A stretch of DNA of 63,713 nt, filler included, from Craspedostauros australis (Eukaryota), in NCBI GenBank assembly GCA_030167865.1. It is 9 parts of 9 records of this genome, joined end to end, with 100 filler letters (N's around TTAATTAATTAA, not from the genome) between each part and the next. Parts side by side here need not be neighbours in the genome. Positions count along the whole stretch, not along the records: positions 30,586 to 36,894 come from JALAGF010003350.1; positions 36,995 to 40,529 come from JALAGF010003351.1; positions 40,630 to 42,525 come from JALAGF010003352.1; positions 42,626 to 47,002 come from JALAGF010003353.1; 5 more parts are not named here. One strand, 5' to 3'. The notes beneath the pieces were generated by a model. The model saw only the letters and a list, made by a program, of their open reading frames with translations, was not told where the DNA came from and did not search any database. Position 1 is the stretch's first letter. Each line of letters starts with the position of its first letter. This document shows positions 33,901 to 45,528 of this stretch, one piece after another. The position numbers and the translations under genes were made by a program.

Positions 33901-36551
33901 CGCAAGAGTGGGCCGATAAGATCGGGCGCAGCAGACTGCAGAGGCATCAGGCGTGGGTGGCACTTCAAGCAACCATTTGGAAAACCATCGAGTACCCGTT
34001 AGCCAGCTCCACCTTCTCAAAGCTCGAAGCGGAGCTCATCATGCGGCCAGCACTAAGGGCAGCATTGCCGGCGGCAGGAGTGCAGCGCAATGTATCCAGG
34101 GATCTGGTTTACGGGCCAGCAGCGACAATGGGCATGGGAGTACCGCATCTTTACTACTCTCAAACCACGCGACACGTCGACATGATTATACGGCACTGGG
34201 GCCAGCCCACTCTCACAGGGAAGCTGCTCCGCAACACAGTGGAACAAGTAGCGCTTCAGGTCGGTCTTCCCGAGTTCTACAACGAGGACTGGGACAAGTG
34301 GAAGCATATCACAACCAACACATGGATCCAAAGTGTGTGGCAGGAACTCCAGCACCTGGGCTTGACCTTGGCAATGGAAAACCCGGTGATCTCTCCCCCC
34401 CGGGAAGGCGACGAGCCTATCATGCGGCGCCTGAGCGAAATGGGGTTCGACGCGAGGAGTATGCAGGCCATCAATCAATGCCGAATCGCCAAGAAAGTCT
34501 TCTGGATATCCGACATAGCACGCGTGGGGGGCCGGGAATTGCATCCCAGCGCAGAGGAGCCCGGTCCAATACCCATGCGATCTTCCAATATCGCATGGCC
34601 ACCAGTCGGTCCGCCAGGCGCGGCGAAGTGGAGGATGTGGAAGAACGCAGTGTGGAAATGTTTTCCAGCGTCTCGCCCTGGGTTGCGCTACATACAGCCG
34701 GCGTTGGGTCGGTGGAAGTGCTTCTCGTCCTCAGTCCCGACTCTCCGAAAAGACAATCAGGCAGACAGGGTAGTGCACACCCACAGCAACATGGAGTACC
34801 GGCGGGCGCCGAGGCGCAGACGAGTCCAGGAATACGAACCGTCAGGGGTGGCGACCACGGTCGGCAATCAGCTGGCGGACGGCTATATGCGCCGGGACAA
34901 ACTGGTTCTCACGGCATCGGCCGATGGGGTGGCTTCGATGCGGCTTACACCGCCCGCGAATCTCCGAGACGCCGTGCAACAGATGGAAGCCGGTGAGAAG
35001 TGGGCAGTGCAGCACTGGGACGTCGTTGGCGAAGAAGATGTCTTCGCGACAGCTATCCGGGAGGGAACTGCGATAGCTTGCAGCGACGGATCAGTAGCGT
35101 TCGGCAACGGGGCGTCTGGAGCAGTGATATCGGCATCTGACGGTCGACGATCAGCGAAGCTGTGGATCGCGGGACAGACTCCGGCCACCGACGGCGTGAT
35201 GCAGTCCCATCGAGCTGAGCTCGCGGGGCTGTACAGCGTGCTGGTGATGCTCGATGCCATATGCCGGGTGCATGCAATACAAGCAGGCAGCGTCACGGTG
35301 GCGTGCGACAACACTGGCGCCTTGAATGCTATCGACCTCGACTGGTACTTGAACCCGGGGACTACGGACTCTGATCTCCAACGCGCAGTAAGAGCCCGAT
35401 GCCAGGAGTTGAGCATCAAAATACGAGGGAGGCACGTCAAAGGCCACCAGGATGACGGAACTCCGTGGGATCGGTTGGATCGGTGGGCCAGGCTCAATGT
35501 GGAGGCTGACCATCTCGCCGGAGCGTGCCAGCGGCAAACCCAGCGGCAGCAGCCATATTCAGGCATTATCAAAGGGGAGAGAGTCGCACTGTTCCTCACG
35601 CACAAGGTCACGGCGGTGTCGTATGACTCAATAGCCGGCCAGCACATGCGGGAGGCAACAATGCGGGTTTTGACCAAACGAAAGGTGATTTCCAACACGG
35701 GGAGCGTCGACTGGGAGGCCTCTGGCCGAGCCATGAAGGCGTTGGACCGTAACAAACGAACGCTGACGTTCAAGTTGGTTACTGGCGAGGCAGCCGTCGG
35801 GCGAAGAATGCTGCAGTGGCAACATCGCAGCTCCTCCCAATGCCCAAGCTGTACGAGCGAGGAGACGACGGCACACTTCTGGACATGCCAATCGCCGTCT
35901 CGAGCGACAATCGCCGACGGGCAGATGGTGAAGCTCCGTCAGTGGCTGTTGGCATACCCAACACACCCCACAATGGTACAGGTGATGATGCAGCTGCTGC
36001 TTAGCCAGGCGCGAGGTACCCACTGCCTGATCCCGTTCAACGCGGGTGCCGAGCTAGCAGAGGCAGTGCGACAGCAGTCGTCCGCGGGCCCCCAGTCCTT
36101 GCGGCGAGGGATTCTGGTCACGCACTGGCGTCAGGCACAGTCAGCCTTTTTGCAGGCGAGCGGCTCCAAAAAGTCCCCCCTCAAGTGGGCGGCACAGGTG
36201 ATTCGACGCATCTGGCTCATCGCTTGGCTACAGTGGGCTTCCAGGAACGACGACATGTTCAACAACGAAGATTCGGCGGAAGGTGTTATGGAGGTTGCAG
36301 TACGCGCCAGGACAGCCTCCCTTGAGGAGCAGCTCAGGCGTGCACCGGGCCAGCATGAACGCCAACTGTCTACCCGCCCTTCCGACGACCTCCCGGTTGA
36401 AGCGCACCTGGTGTGGATAGAGCAAACTGCAGCTCGACTACGCACGGCGGTGGCCTCCGGGGCACTGCTCAAGTGGATCAAACTCCGGGCCAGAAGCAGC
36501 CGCAGGAAGTCGGCCGGTCGCCAACCCACTCCCACTACACAGAATACATGA
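30951..36551 (+). CDS. LINE ORF2 polyprotein (APE endonuclease - reverse transcriptase - RNase H - zinc finger) with one in-frame TAG at 32166-32168
   Basis: APE: LNVGG, MLSE, SVYVP, GGDIN, IDGIW, DHR. RT: SGPSG, FRTISL, EQYG, NDAKSCYD, GLLQG, FVDD. RNase H: SDGS, RAELAG, CDN, HVKGHQD, NVEADHLA. Finger: CPSC..ETTAHFWTC. The ORFs 30696-32168 and 32196-36551 are in the same frame. Confidence 0.92.
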
Positions 36552-36994
36552 GAAACTCAACCCAACACTTCAGATTCCGTGCCCTCTGCCCGCGTAGCGG
36601 GCAGTTGAAAAGGGGCGGAGAAAAGCGCCGTCGGCGCAGTCGATTAAGAGACTAATCATTGAGTTATTTATTTATTTATGGTGGGAGAATTGTCATTTGT
36701 GATGTTGGAGTGTTGTTTGTGACAGAGGTGGTCTTCTTGCGCTTGTGCTTGCTGGTGCGTGGTTTGCGTTGATTGGTTGATGTGGTTGGTGCCTTCTTCT
36801 TTTCCTTTTTGGTGATGAGTGCGAACGCAGCCGAATGCATGGGGTCATCACACTGAAGCTGCATGTGCGACGCGGTGAATTCCCATTTGAGGAANNNNNN
36901 NNNNNNNNNNNNNNNNNNNNNNNNNNNNNNNNNNNNNNTTAATTAATTAANNNNNNNNNNNNNNNNNNNNNNNNNNNNNNNNNNNNNNNNNNNN

Positions 36995-38917
36995 AGTGAA
37001 GTCAGTCCATCCTAGATCAAGAGTGGTGAGAGCTGTGAGTTGACCAATCTCGGATGGAAGCTGCCCAGTGAAGTCAGTCCATCCTAGATCAAGAGTGGTG
37101 AGAGCTGTGAGTTGGCCAATCTCGGATGGAAGACGCACAATGAAGGCATTTTTCTCCAGGCCAAGATGTCGCAAAGCTGTCAATCGACCAATCTGAGAAG
37201 GAAGGGGTCCAGCGAAGTGGTTGGCAGCCAGGTCAAGATGTGTCAATTGTGGAAGTTGATACATTTGTGACGGAAACGCACCTTGCAGTCCCATGTATTT
37301 TAGAGTTAGCTCTGAGAGCATGCTCAACATGCCAATATGACTGAAGATGATACCATCGATCTGTCCGCGAGTGATGAAATTCATTTCCATTGACCATTTC
37401 TCAAGGTGTGAGAGATGATACAGGGCCGGATCGAGCGTGCCCCGCATGTTTCTGTCACCCAAAGCTACTTTTACCACATGACCATCAACGCATGTCACAC
37501 CACCAGAGGAAGATTGCCAGTCGCACACGTCAGCATCTGATAGAAAGCCCATCTTGTCGTTCCAATTGGCTCCATCGAGTGAAAAGTATATGCTCGCAAC
37601 TGCATAGTACTTCAGTAGGCTCATGGTATTGGCTTGTACATCCTCCGCGATCATTGATGTGAGGTATGGGTGATTGCTGTTTGCCATCCAGTCCAGCGTT
37701 CGATGCGCGGTACTGATTGTGCTGGCGAGTATAGCTGTATCGACGAAAGTAGGCTCTTCTTGGAGTATGGGCGCGAGCACCTCCCAAATGGTGAAGAAAG
37801 CATTCGATTGATCGAAGCTGTACGTTGGGTTCGACGAGTGTCGATCACTCGGTTTATGCGTGGGTGTGAGGGTTGGGTTCGACGAGGGTAGATCACTCGG
37901 TGTATCCGTGGGTGTGAGGGTTGGGTTCGGCGAGGGTCGATCACTCGGTATATGCGTGGGTGTGAGGGTTGGGTTCGACGAGGGTAGATCACTCAGTGTC
38001 TGTGTGGGTGTGTGGGTTGGACTTTGTGATGGTCGATCACTCGGTATATCTGAGGGTAGATCACTTGGTATCGCCGTGGGTGTTTGAGTTGGGTTCGACG
38101 AGGGAAGATCACTTGGTATATGCGTGGGTGTGAGGGTTGGGTTCGACGAGGGTAGATCACTCAGTATATGTGTGGGTGTGTGGGTTGGACTTTGTGAGGG
38201 TCGATCACTCGGTATATGCGTGGGTGTGAGGGTTGGGTTCGACGAGGGTAGATCACTCAGCATATGTGTGGGTGTGTGAGTTGGGTTCGACAAGGGTAAA
38301 TCACTCGGTATATCCGAGGGCAGATCACTTGGTATATCCGAGGGTAGATCACTTGGTACATCCGAGGGTAGATCACTTGGTACATCCGAGGGTAGATCAC
38401 TCGGTATATCCGAGGGCAGACCACTCGGTATATCCGTGGGTGTGTGGGTTGGATTTTGTGATGGCCGATCATGGGGGCCATCTGCGGTGGGCGGATTACT
38501 CCTGCTGCCATCTATGTTGCTGTTGCTGCTGTTCTCGCCACTGGGGGAGAACACTACTCCTGCTGCAGTGGCACCGGCTACACCGACGACGAGCAACACC
38601 ACAGTCACAACACCTTTCCAGCTCCATCCTGCAGGATTATCACCATTTTCAGGGACGACCTCTGGAACTGCATCTGGAAGATCGATTTCATTCTCTGAGC
38701 TATCATCAGGGTTGTGTGGATGTCCTGGCGTTTGAGTTTGGAACAGTCGCGAAATCCTATGCAATTCCCTTTGCGTTTCAGCTATCCTTTGTGCTTGCAG
38801 TTCTGCTTCAGACGCGGTTGAGGCAGTGGTAGCAGCGGGGGCAATGGGAGCAGTGGACACAGCAGGGATTGGTGGCGGCAGTGTAGCAGACGCATCACGT
38901 GTTGTCTCTTCATCCAT
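36995..38917 (-). CDS. Type II membrane LRR protein with PSD/PT-repeat stalk (diatom receptor-like LRR family); 3' end cut by the gap
   Basis: ATG 38917; one TM (GVVTVVLLVVGVAGA); stalk; cap motif AHRTLDWM...YAVASIYFSLDGANW...CDW...GVTC; plant-type LRRs (GQLPSEIGQLTALTTLDL). Confidence 0.88.
37830..38460. repeat. Hierarchical coding tandem repeat (12-bp units PSDL/PSDI/PSSN/PTLT/PTHI, grouped into 24- and 48/60-bp units)
   Basis: Recurrent GAGGGTAGATCACT and GTGGGTGTGAGGGTTGGGTTCGAC blocks. Confidence 0.93.
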
Positions 38918-40629
38918 TGTTGGGTATGAATTTGGTTGCGGCTGCGGCTGTGTAGTTGGGCTGTGCGTCGGTCGCACCAGCGACGAAGATGTGAATGGCA
39001 CCTGCGCAACTTGGGCTCTCTCTCTCTCTGTGTGTGTCTCTCGAGATCGTAAGTGGTGGTGGTCACTGGATGATGTTGTTGATGTATTGTGAGGGTGAGG
39101 AAATAAGATGTTTCAAACGATTTCAGGCATGTCAACAAGATCAATCTTGGGCGAGGCAGAGAGAGCAACTTCGCTTCTCTGCAGCAACAATCTCTTGATC
39201 GCACTCATCAGTGAAGTCGTGGTGGCATTTGCACCACGTTTGTCATTTGCGTCCGTGGCGATGATAGTGGGCAGCTGAGGTGTCAACCATCGGTAGGGGT
39301 ACCCTTTCGTACCGTTTCGTACGCATTGGTGCTGTATCGTCCCCCATCGCACACGCTGTACTCGTACCACGCACTCTGACACTCATCCTTCTACTTCCAC
39401 AGATGTTCTTTGCTTTCACGCACACGGACCGAACAGCCAAAGCGGTAATACTCGTCCGCTTTTTTGTTCGCATGCTATGATCGCATGCAAGGTCGCACGC
39501 TCGGAAGGCGATGGGCGGAGTGCGAACTACCAACAATACATCAAGGCAGGAGTCGTCAATGCAAACAGAGAAACAGAAGGCAAGACAGACACATCCGCTC
39601 CTATGATCGCCTACTTGATCGCATGCTTGATCGCACCCTCGGAAGGCGATGGGTCAAGTACGAGTAGCAGAAGAGGTCGGTCGGAGGGCAATGCCAACCA
39701 TGCGAGTACACACCTCTCTGCTGTACACTCTAATCGTATCCACCAGCGACCTCCAAAGGCTCCTTCTGAGTGTTGTGCCGATGACCCTTCCAACATGTGC
39801 TCTGCGACCATGTCGGTGACGATGAGAAAGACTTCCGAAGAAAGTGAGATGATATATTTGATTTGCTGTGTATCTCACCCCGACAACGACCAGTCTCACC
39901 TTCAGCCGTCTCATCGACAAAGAAACCAAACGAAAGCCAACAAAATGAGTCTCCGAAAATTGGCGCCAAACAAGGCAACACATCGGAACAGACATGCAGT
40001 CACAAGCCCATGATTAGACCTCTCTGGACTGCTGAAAGAGCGTGCACGGATACGGCGATGCCAACATGAGGAGGTCACCAGTACTACCTCCAGGTCGCAG
40101 TTGATGCACTCACGATAACACTAGTTGTGGAGTTTTGGCCCCTTGTTGTCACTGGTTTGCTTGCTTTTGGGAGAAACGGCGATTGGATATTTAGAGCTAT
40201 TGTGTGTTTGCTCTCGCTGATCCGTCTTCTACGTCACAGGGANNNNNNNNNNNNNNNNNNNNNNNNNNNNNNNNNNNNNNNNNNNNNNNNNNNNNNNNNN
40301 NNNNNNNNNNNNNNNNNNNNNNNNNNNNNNNNNNNACAACAGAATGTGCCAGGCCAGGACAGCCAACAACACTCCACGTTGACCAGTCTCACAATGGAAA
40401 CCAGCAACATCCAATCGTCTCGGAATACAACGAAGCGCATTGGCAATCTGTACGACGCAGACGACAGTGCTTCGCCAATCACCACAACATCGTCTTCACC
40501 TCGGCTGCCAATCCTGTGAATGATGCATGNNNNNNNNNNNNNNNNNNNNNNNNNNNNNNNNNNNNNNNNNNNNTTAATTAATTAANNNNNNNNNNNNNNN
40601 NNNNNNNNNNNNNNNNNNNNNNNNNNNNN

Positions 40630-41356
40630 GAGCATATACTTTTCACTCGATGGAGCCAATTGGAACGACAAGATGGGCTTTCTATCAGATGCTGACGTGT
40701 GCGACTGGCAATCTTCCTCTGGTGGTGTGACATGCGTTGATGGTCATGTGGTAAAAGTAGCTTTGGGTGACAGAAACATGCGGGGCACGCTCGATCCGGC
40801 CCTGTATCATCTCTCACACCTTGAGAAATGGTCAATGGAAATGAATTTCATCACTCGCGGACAGATCGATGGTATCATCTTCAGTCATATTGGCATGTTG
40901 AGCATGCTCTCAGAGCTAACTCTAAAATACATGGGACTGCAAGGTGCGTTTCCGTCACAAATGTATCAACTTCCACAATTGACACATCTTGACCTGGCTG
41001 CCAACCACTTCGCTGGACCCCTTCCTTCTCAGATTGGTCGATTGACAGCTTTGCGACATCTTGGCCTGGAGAAAAATGCCTTCATTGTGCGTCTTCCATC
41101 CGAGATTGGCCAACTCACAGCTCTCACCACTCTTGATCTAGGATGGACTGACTTCACTGGGCAGCTTCCATCCGAGATTGGTCAACTCACAGCTCTCACC
41201 ACTCTTGATCTAGGATGGACTGACTTCACTGGGCAGCTTCCATCCGAGATTGGTCAACTGACAGCGCTCACCTTGCTTGATCTATCATGGAACAGATTCA
41301 CTCGGCCACTTCCAACTCAGCTTGGTCTCCTCACATCATTGAAAAACCCTCTGTAA
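40630..41356 (+). CDS. 3' part of the same LRR gene on a redundant, inverted contig
   Basis: 40630-41230 is the reverse complement of 36995-37595, then continues with a further LRR to a stop at 41356. Confidence 0.8.
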
Positions 41357-42627
41357 ACTGGTAATTTCACCATGCAAATGCTAGTTGTGGGCCCCACTGT
41401 GGGATTCTGTTGTGCTTTGCAGATAATAGAGCTAAACTAGTACCCACCTTAGAGAGAGAGACTACGAATCATCCGACCCGTCAGCATTCCAGTAGATCGA
41501 ATGAATACTTCACCGGCCCCCACGTTTGGGGAAAGATCCAGAACATTGAAGCAGATCTTTGGAACCCGTGTCAAGGAACCAGAAGGGTTCCGATAACCAA
41601 GCCACTGACACCCACCATTGCCAAAACGCCAACACATGGAAACAGTGCCCCAGCAATGCACATCATCGCCCCTTGTCTCTCACAGAACACAGCCAAGGGA
41701 TCTCGACCCATGGTACTTGGGCTACATGACCCATACACACTGTCACTCAGGACACCACAGGAGATCCTTCCCGCAGGGAAGAACTTTAGCACTAACCTCA
41801 TAATCCGCACGTTTCTTCACCATCTATCAGTATTCTCAATTGACTACTTGTGGAACAGAAGACTCATGTTCGGACCGCTTGCCAATCAAGCCTCTGCCTA
41901 CAGCTATCAACAGCCAAGAAGACAACAGCCATTTCGTTTGGGCTCTATTAGAATTCGCCAGCAACTAAGTGGAAAGTAGTCTGTTCTTTACATGAACTTC
42001 AACTCCTGTCATCTGTGTGCCTGAGAGTATTCGCTTCACATCCTGAGCACCCAAGCCTGTCAGAATAATTCGAAAGAATGTAGGACATGACAACACCAGC
42101 TGGAGAGGTTTGTGGGTGATGAGTCGTGTTCAAATCGACTAGTTCAGTGTGTTGGCAAGTTCCGCTCACGGTAACCTACGATTGTGGAAGATGGTGTTGG
42201 TTGATAGTCGTCTGTTTGCTATTTCATTACTTGGTTACTCCGATCCTCTCGGTGTACACCAGTTGTCTTGCCCGATGCTCTCGGCGCTTCAATCTGTTTC
42301 GTAGATTCAGTCTCCGACTATGAGTCGGTACGTGAGATCCTCTCTCGCTCCTCTCTGTATTCTCTCTCTCTCTCTCTCTCTCTCTCAACATCGTGTGCTC
42401 GTGCTACACAATACTCCGTGTTCGATGCGTACTCCGCATTAGACACTCCGTTTGTTCAGTACTGGTTCCTACTCCATGAGTACTTACCATTTGAAGTTCA
42501 CCTTCAGTATCCATGATCTTCATGGNNNNNNNNNNNNNNNNNNNNNNNNNNNNNNNNNNNNNNNNNNNNTTAATTAATTAANNNNNNNNNNNNNNNNNNN
42601 NNNNNNNNNNNNNNNNNNNNNNNNNCA

Positions 42628-45429
42628 CCATACACCAATATTCATGTCGCAAGCTTCACGAAGCAACAGCTCCACTCATGGATCACTCAACTCCTTCACC
42701 GGCACAACTCCATCGATGTCGACATACCCGTAGCGAGTGGTGACGAAGAAGATGGGGAAGATGAGGAAGATGATGCTCTCACCAAGATCACCGACTACCT
42801 CTTCAAGCGCACAAATGGCAACATCTTCCATTCTGTACAGTTGCTACAAGAGATGGAGCGCAAGAGCATCCTCCAGTATGACCGCATCATGTCCCAATGG
42901 GCGCTGAATGATGAGCTCGATACCGATGAGCTCTCCCAGTTCAGTTCATCATCAACCAATTCAAGGGGTGTCCTCCGTCTCATCTCATCCCAGATGAAGG
43001 CTTTGCCTGTCGCCCTGCAGAAGGCGCTGGCCATCGCATCGTACATCAGATCATCGTTCGATTCTGACTTGCTGCAGATCGTGCTGGACTACGAAGAGAA
43101 ACACAACCGGGCCAGTGACGAGATCATCGAGCACTCCAGAGACCGTGCCAATTCCCACCCTGCACTTGTTGCGGACGAACGCGGCAGCGATCTTTCCGAG
43201 CTGCTGGAGCAAGCCGTGCTCGAAGGCCTCCTGCACAATGCCATCGGCGGAACCACCTACCGCTTCGCTCATGATCGCATTCAGGAGGCAGCCCGGGGAC
43301 TGGTTCCATTCGGAGAGGTCCGCACCAAGCTCCGGCTGCGTGTCGGCCGATGTCTGTGGGAGTTGTGCACGGATACATCACTCAGCCACAGTCGTAGTCT
43401 GCAGGACTCTTCCTCCACAACTCATGCGCGCACTTCGGCTGGCAACGACACCAGTTTCATGTTCATAGCGACGGACCATCTGAACTGTGTGGCCAGCAAG
43501 GATCATTTGGAAACGTTGCAGCGCAATCTTCAAACGGGCGAGCATGCGCTGCAAATGGCCGCTCTATCGCCTGCTGCGACGTACCTCCGGCATGCATCGA
43601 CAGCCCTCCGCAAGCTGAAGGGCGATCCTTGGGAGGACCAGTACGACTTGGTGCTTCGATTGCTCCGCAGTCAATGCGACATCGAGCTCTTGCTTGGCAA
43701 CTACGACCAAGGTTTCGCAATTGGCAACGAGGTTCTGGATCGCGCCACATCCATCGATGACAGGCTTCCTACATATGCCACAATGGGAAGGGCTCTGGGC
43801 CATCAAGGCGAGCACACCCAAGCACTGCGACTGAGCGAGAAGGCCGCGCAGCTATGTGGCGCGTATCCCAAGCGCGGGTACTTGCTTCATGTTGCTCGCC
43901 AGATGATGTCGCTGAGGTCATACTTCCGTCGTGTCTCCAATGAGGAATTCTTGCGACGAACCCCGATTGTGACAAATCCAAAACATGTGACATCCATCTT
44001 GCTCCTGTACAACATAATATCTCGCGGCTTCATCAGCAACGACACGATATCGTGCTTGTTGGGCGTGGTGTGCATGATCAACTACACGAGGCGCGTAGGA
44101 TTTCGCGGGGAGTCAGGCTATAGCTTTTCCATCCTGGCGACAGTGTACAATAGCCTTGGAGATCCCAAGAGCGCTCGGAGATACATCGAACTGGCAAAAG
44201 CGATTGTCTGCAAGGCCAACACTCTCAGCACCGCCGATGGGACGGTGTATTTGATGGCAGCAACATTCATCGAGCCATTCTACAAGTCGCCCTCCGAGAT
44301 CGCGCAAGACTTTCGGACTGCGTACATGGAAGCGATGTCGGCGGGGAATTTCGAAATTGGCATTTTGGGGCGTTTTGGGAGCATCGTCTACGCTTTCGTC
44401 CAGGGTTATCCTCTTGCGACCCTGTTGCCCAACATCGATTCAGTCTTGGAACAAGAAAAAGCGTTGAAGGTCAGCTCGCATAAGCATTCCACCAGAGAGT
44501 ACAGCAACAGCGTCAAGCAGATCGCAGGTACACTTTCGATTGATTGGCAGAATTTCACAAACGTGAATGGGCATGACAACGACAACCACCTCTCCGACGT
44601 CGCTGTCTACTGGAGGCATCTGTTCCTTTCCATTTACCTTGGCAGATATGAACTTGCAGAGATCGTGTATGACAATATGACGGCAACTAAAATGGGAGGC
44701 GACGACTTCACTTCACAAACCACGATCCCACTCTTCATTGGATTGATGGCCTCCAACCGATACTGGCAGACAAAGCAACGCAGGTACATCAAACTGCTCC
44801 GCAAATGCAAAAAACAACTCAAGAAGATATGCGACACCAAGGGCAAGGTCATACGCAATCGGTATCTGCTTCTCTGCGCAGAAACCAAATCCATCACCTC
44901 CAGCACAACAATGCCAACGTACGTCCGCCAGTGCTATGACAAGGCAATCGACCTCTCCCAGTGCAACGGCCAGATCCACGAGGCCGGATTGGCATGCGAG
45001 ATGGCAGGCGAGCACATACTGAGGTCCAGCATCGATGGCGATGATCTGGCAGGTCCTTACTTCACCCGAGCAATGGAGTTCTATCAGGCCTGGGGTGCAG
45101 CTGCCAAGTGTGACGACTTGCGCACCAAACGTGGTAACTACATCAACGAGAGGCAGATCAAGAGATCCGCGATGAACACTACGTGTGGAGGCAAGATGGT
45201 TGAGTTCGATCCCCAACATGGAATGGCGACCAACTTTGATCTGGCGACTGTACATTCCCTGGAACATGCTGGCACGCCCACGATTTCGGGTAGGCACTCA
45301 ACAACAAACGGCACAAAGGCTTCGACGGTGAAGGAAAGTGTTGATGGAGGACCGCACAGCCTCCATGGTGAGCGTGCGGAGGATGTGGATGATGGTGACG
45401 AGGATTCCGTGCTGACGGACATTTCATAA
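42628..45429 (+). CDS. STAND-class AAA ATPase (AAA_16-type) C-terminal region: winged helix + TPR-like solenoid; version A, 5' end in the gap
   Basis: Frame is open from the gap. LFKRTNGNIF (GNPF-like), YRFAHDRIQEAA, ATDHLN, NLQTGE, YDKAI..., HEAGLACEMAG and YQAWGAAAK motifs, as in bacterial Ser/Thr kinase-AAA-His kinase sensors and their diatom relatives. Confidence 0.82.
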   Translation, partial: PYTNIHVASFTKQQLHSWITQLLHRHNSIDVDIPVASGDEEDGEDEEDDALTKITDYLFKRTNGNIFHSVQLLQEMERKSILQYDRIMSQWALNDELDTDELSQFSSSSTNSRGVLRLISSQMKALPVALQKALAIASYIRSSFDSDLLQIVLDYEEKHNRASDEIIEHSRDRANSHPALVADERGSDLSELLEQAVLEGLLHNAIGGTTYRFAHDRIQEAARGLVPFGEVRTKLRLRVGRCLWELCTDTSLSHSRSLQDSSSTTHARTSAGNDTSFMFIATDHLNCVASKDHLETLQRNLQTGEHALQMAALSPAATYLRHASTALRKLKGDPWEDQYDLVLRLLRSQCDIELLLGNYDQGFAIGNEVLDRATSIDDRLPTYATMGRALGHQGEHTQALRLSEKAAQLCGAYPKRGYLLHVARQMMSLRSYFRRVSNEEFLRRTPIVTNPKHVTSILLLYNIISRGFISNDTISCLLGVVCMINYTRRVGFRGESGYSFSILATVYNSLGDPKSARRYIELAKAIVCKANTLSTADGTVYLMAATFIEPFYKSPSEIAQDFRTAYMEAMSAGNFEIGILGRFGSIVYAFVQGYPLATLLPNIDSVLEQEKALKVSSHKHSTREYSNSVKQIAGTLSIDWQNFTNVNGHDNDNHLSDVAVYWRHLFLSIYLGRYELAEIVYDNMTATKMGGDDFTSQTTIPLFIGLMASNRYWQTKQRRYIKLLRKCKKQLKKICDTKGKVIRNRYLLLCAETKSITSSTTMPTYVRQCYDKAIDLSQCNGQIHEAGLACEMAGEHILRSSIDGDDLAGPYFTRAMEFYQAWGAAAKCDDLRTKRGNYINERQIKRSAMNTTCGGKMVEFDPQHGMATNFDLATVHSLEHAGTPTISGRHSTTNGTKASTVKESVDGGPHSLHGERAEDVDDGDEDSVLTDIS

Positions 45430-45528
45430 AGCGAAGCAATTCTAAACGATAGAATAATGCAATACCCAATACAAACAGAGTCAGCCCCAATGTGTATTCT
45501 CATTCATCGGTGCCGACACAATCCAATG

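Larger units (their letters stand above)
29640..36679 (+). mobile_element. Non-LTR retrotransposon (LINE), Ambal-like; 5' boundary uncertain, interrupted by an assembly gap
   Basis: ORF1 fragments plus ORF2 with APE, RT, RNase H and a CCHC finger; structured 3' UTR and (TTAT)4 tail at 36664-36679. Confidence 0.85.

Noticed and set aside
37830..38460. Possible CRISPR-like or DGR-like array
   Set aside because: In-frame coding repeat with no unique spacers. The nearby RT is a LINE enzyme, and the STAND cassette differences are not adenine-specific.
39460..39680. Two degenerate copies of GATCGCATGC...CTCGGAAGGCGATGGG
   Set aside because: Only two short imperfect copies; no supportable function.
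41410..41979. 189-aa ORF after the LRR stop, possibly a further exon
   Set aside because: No LRR or other motif, and no convincing in-frame splice.
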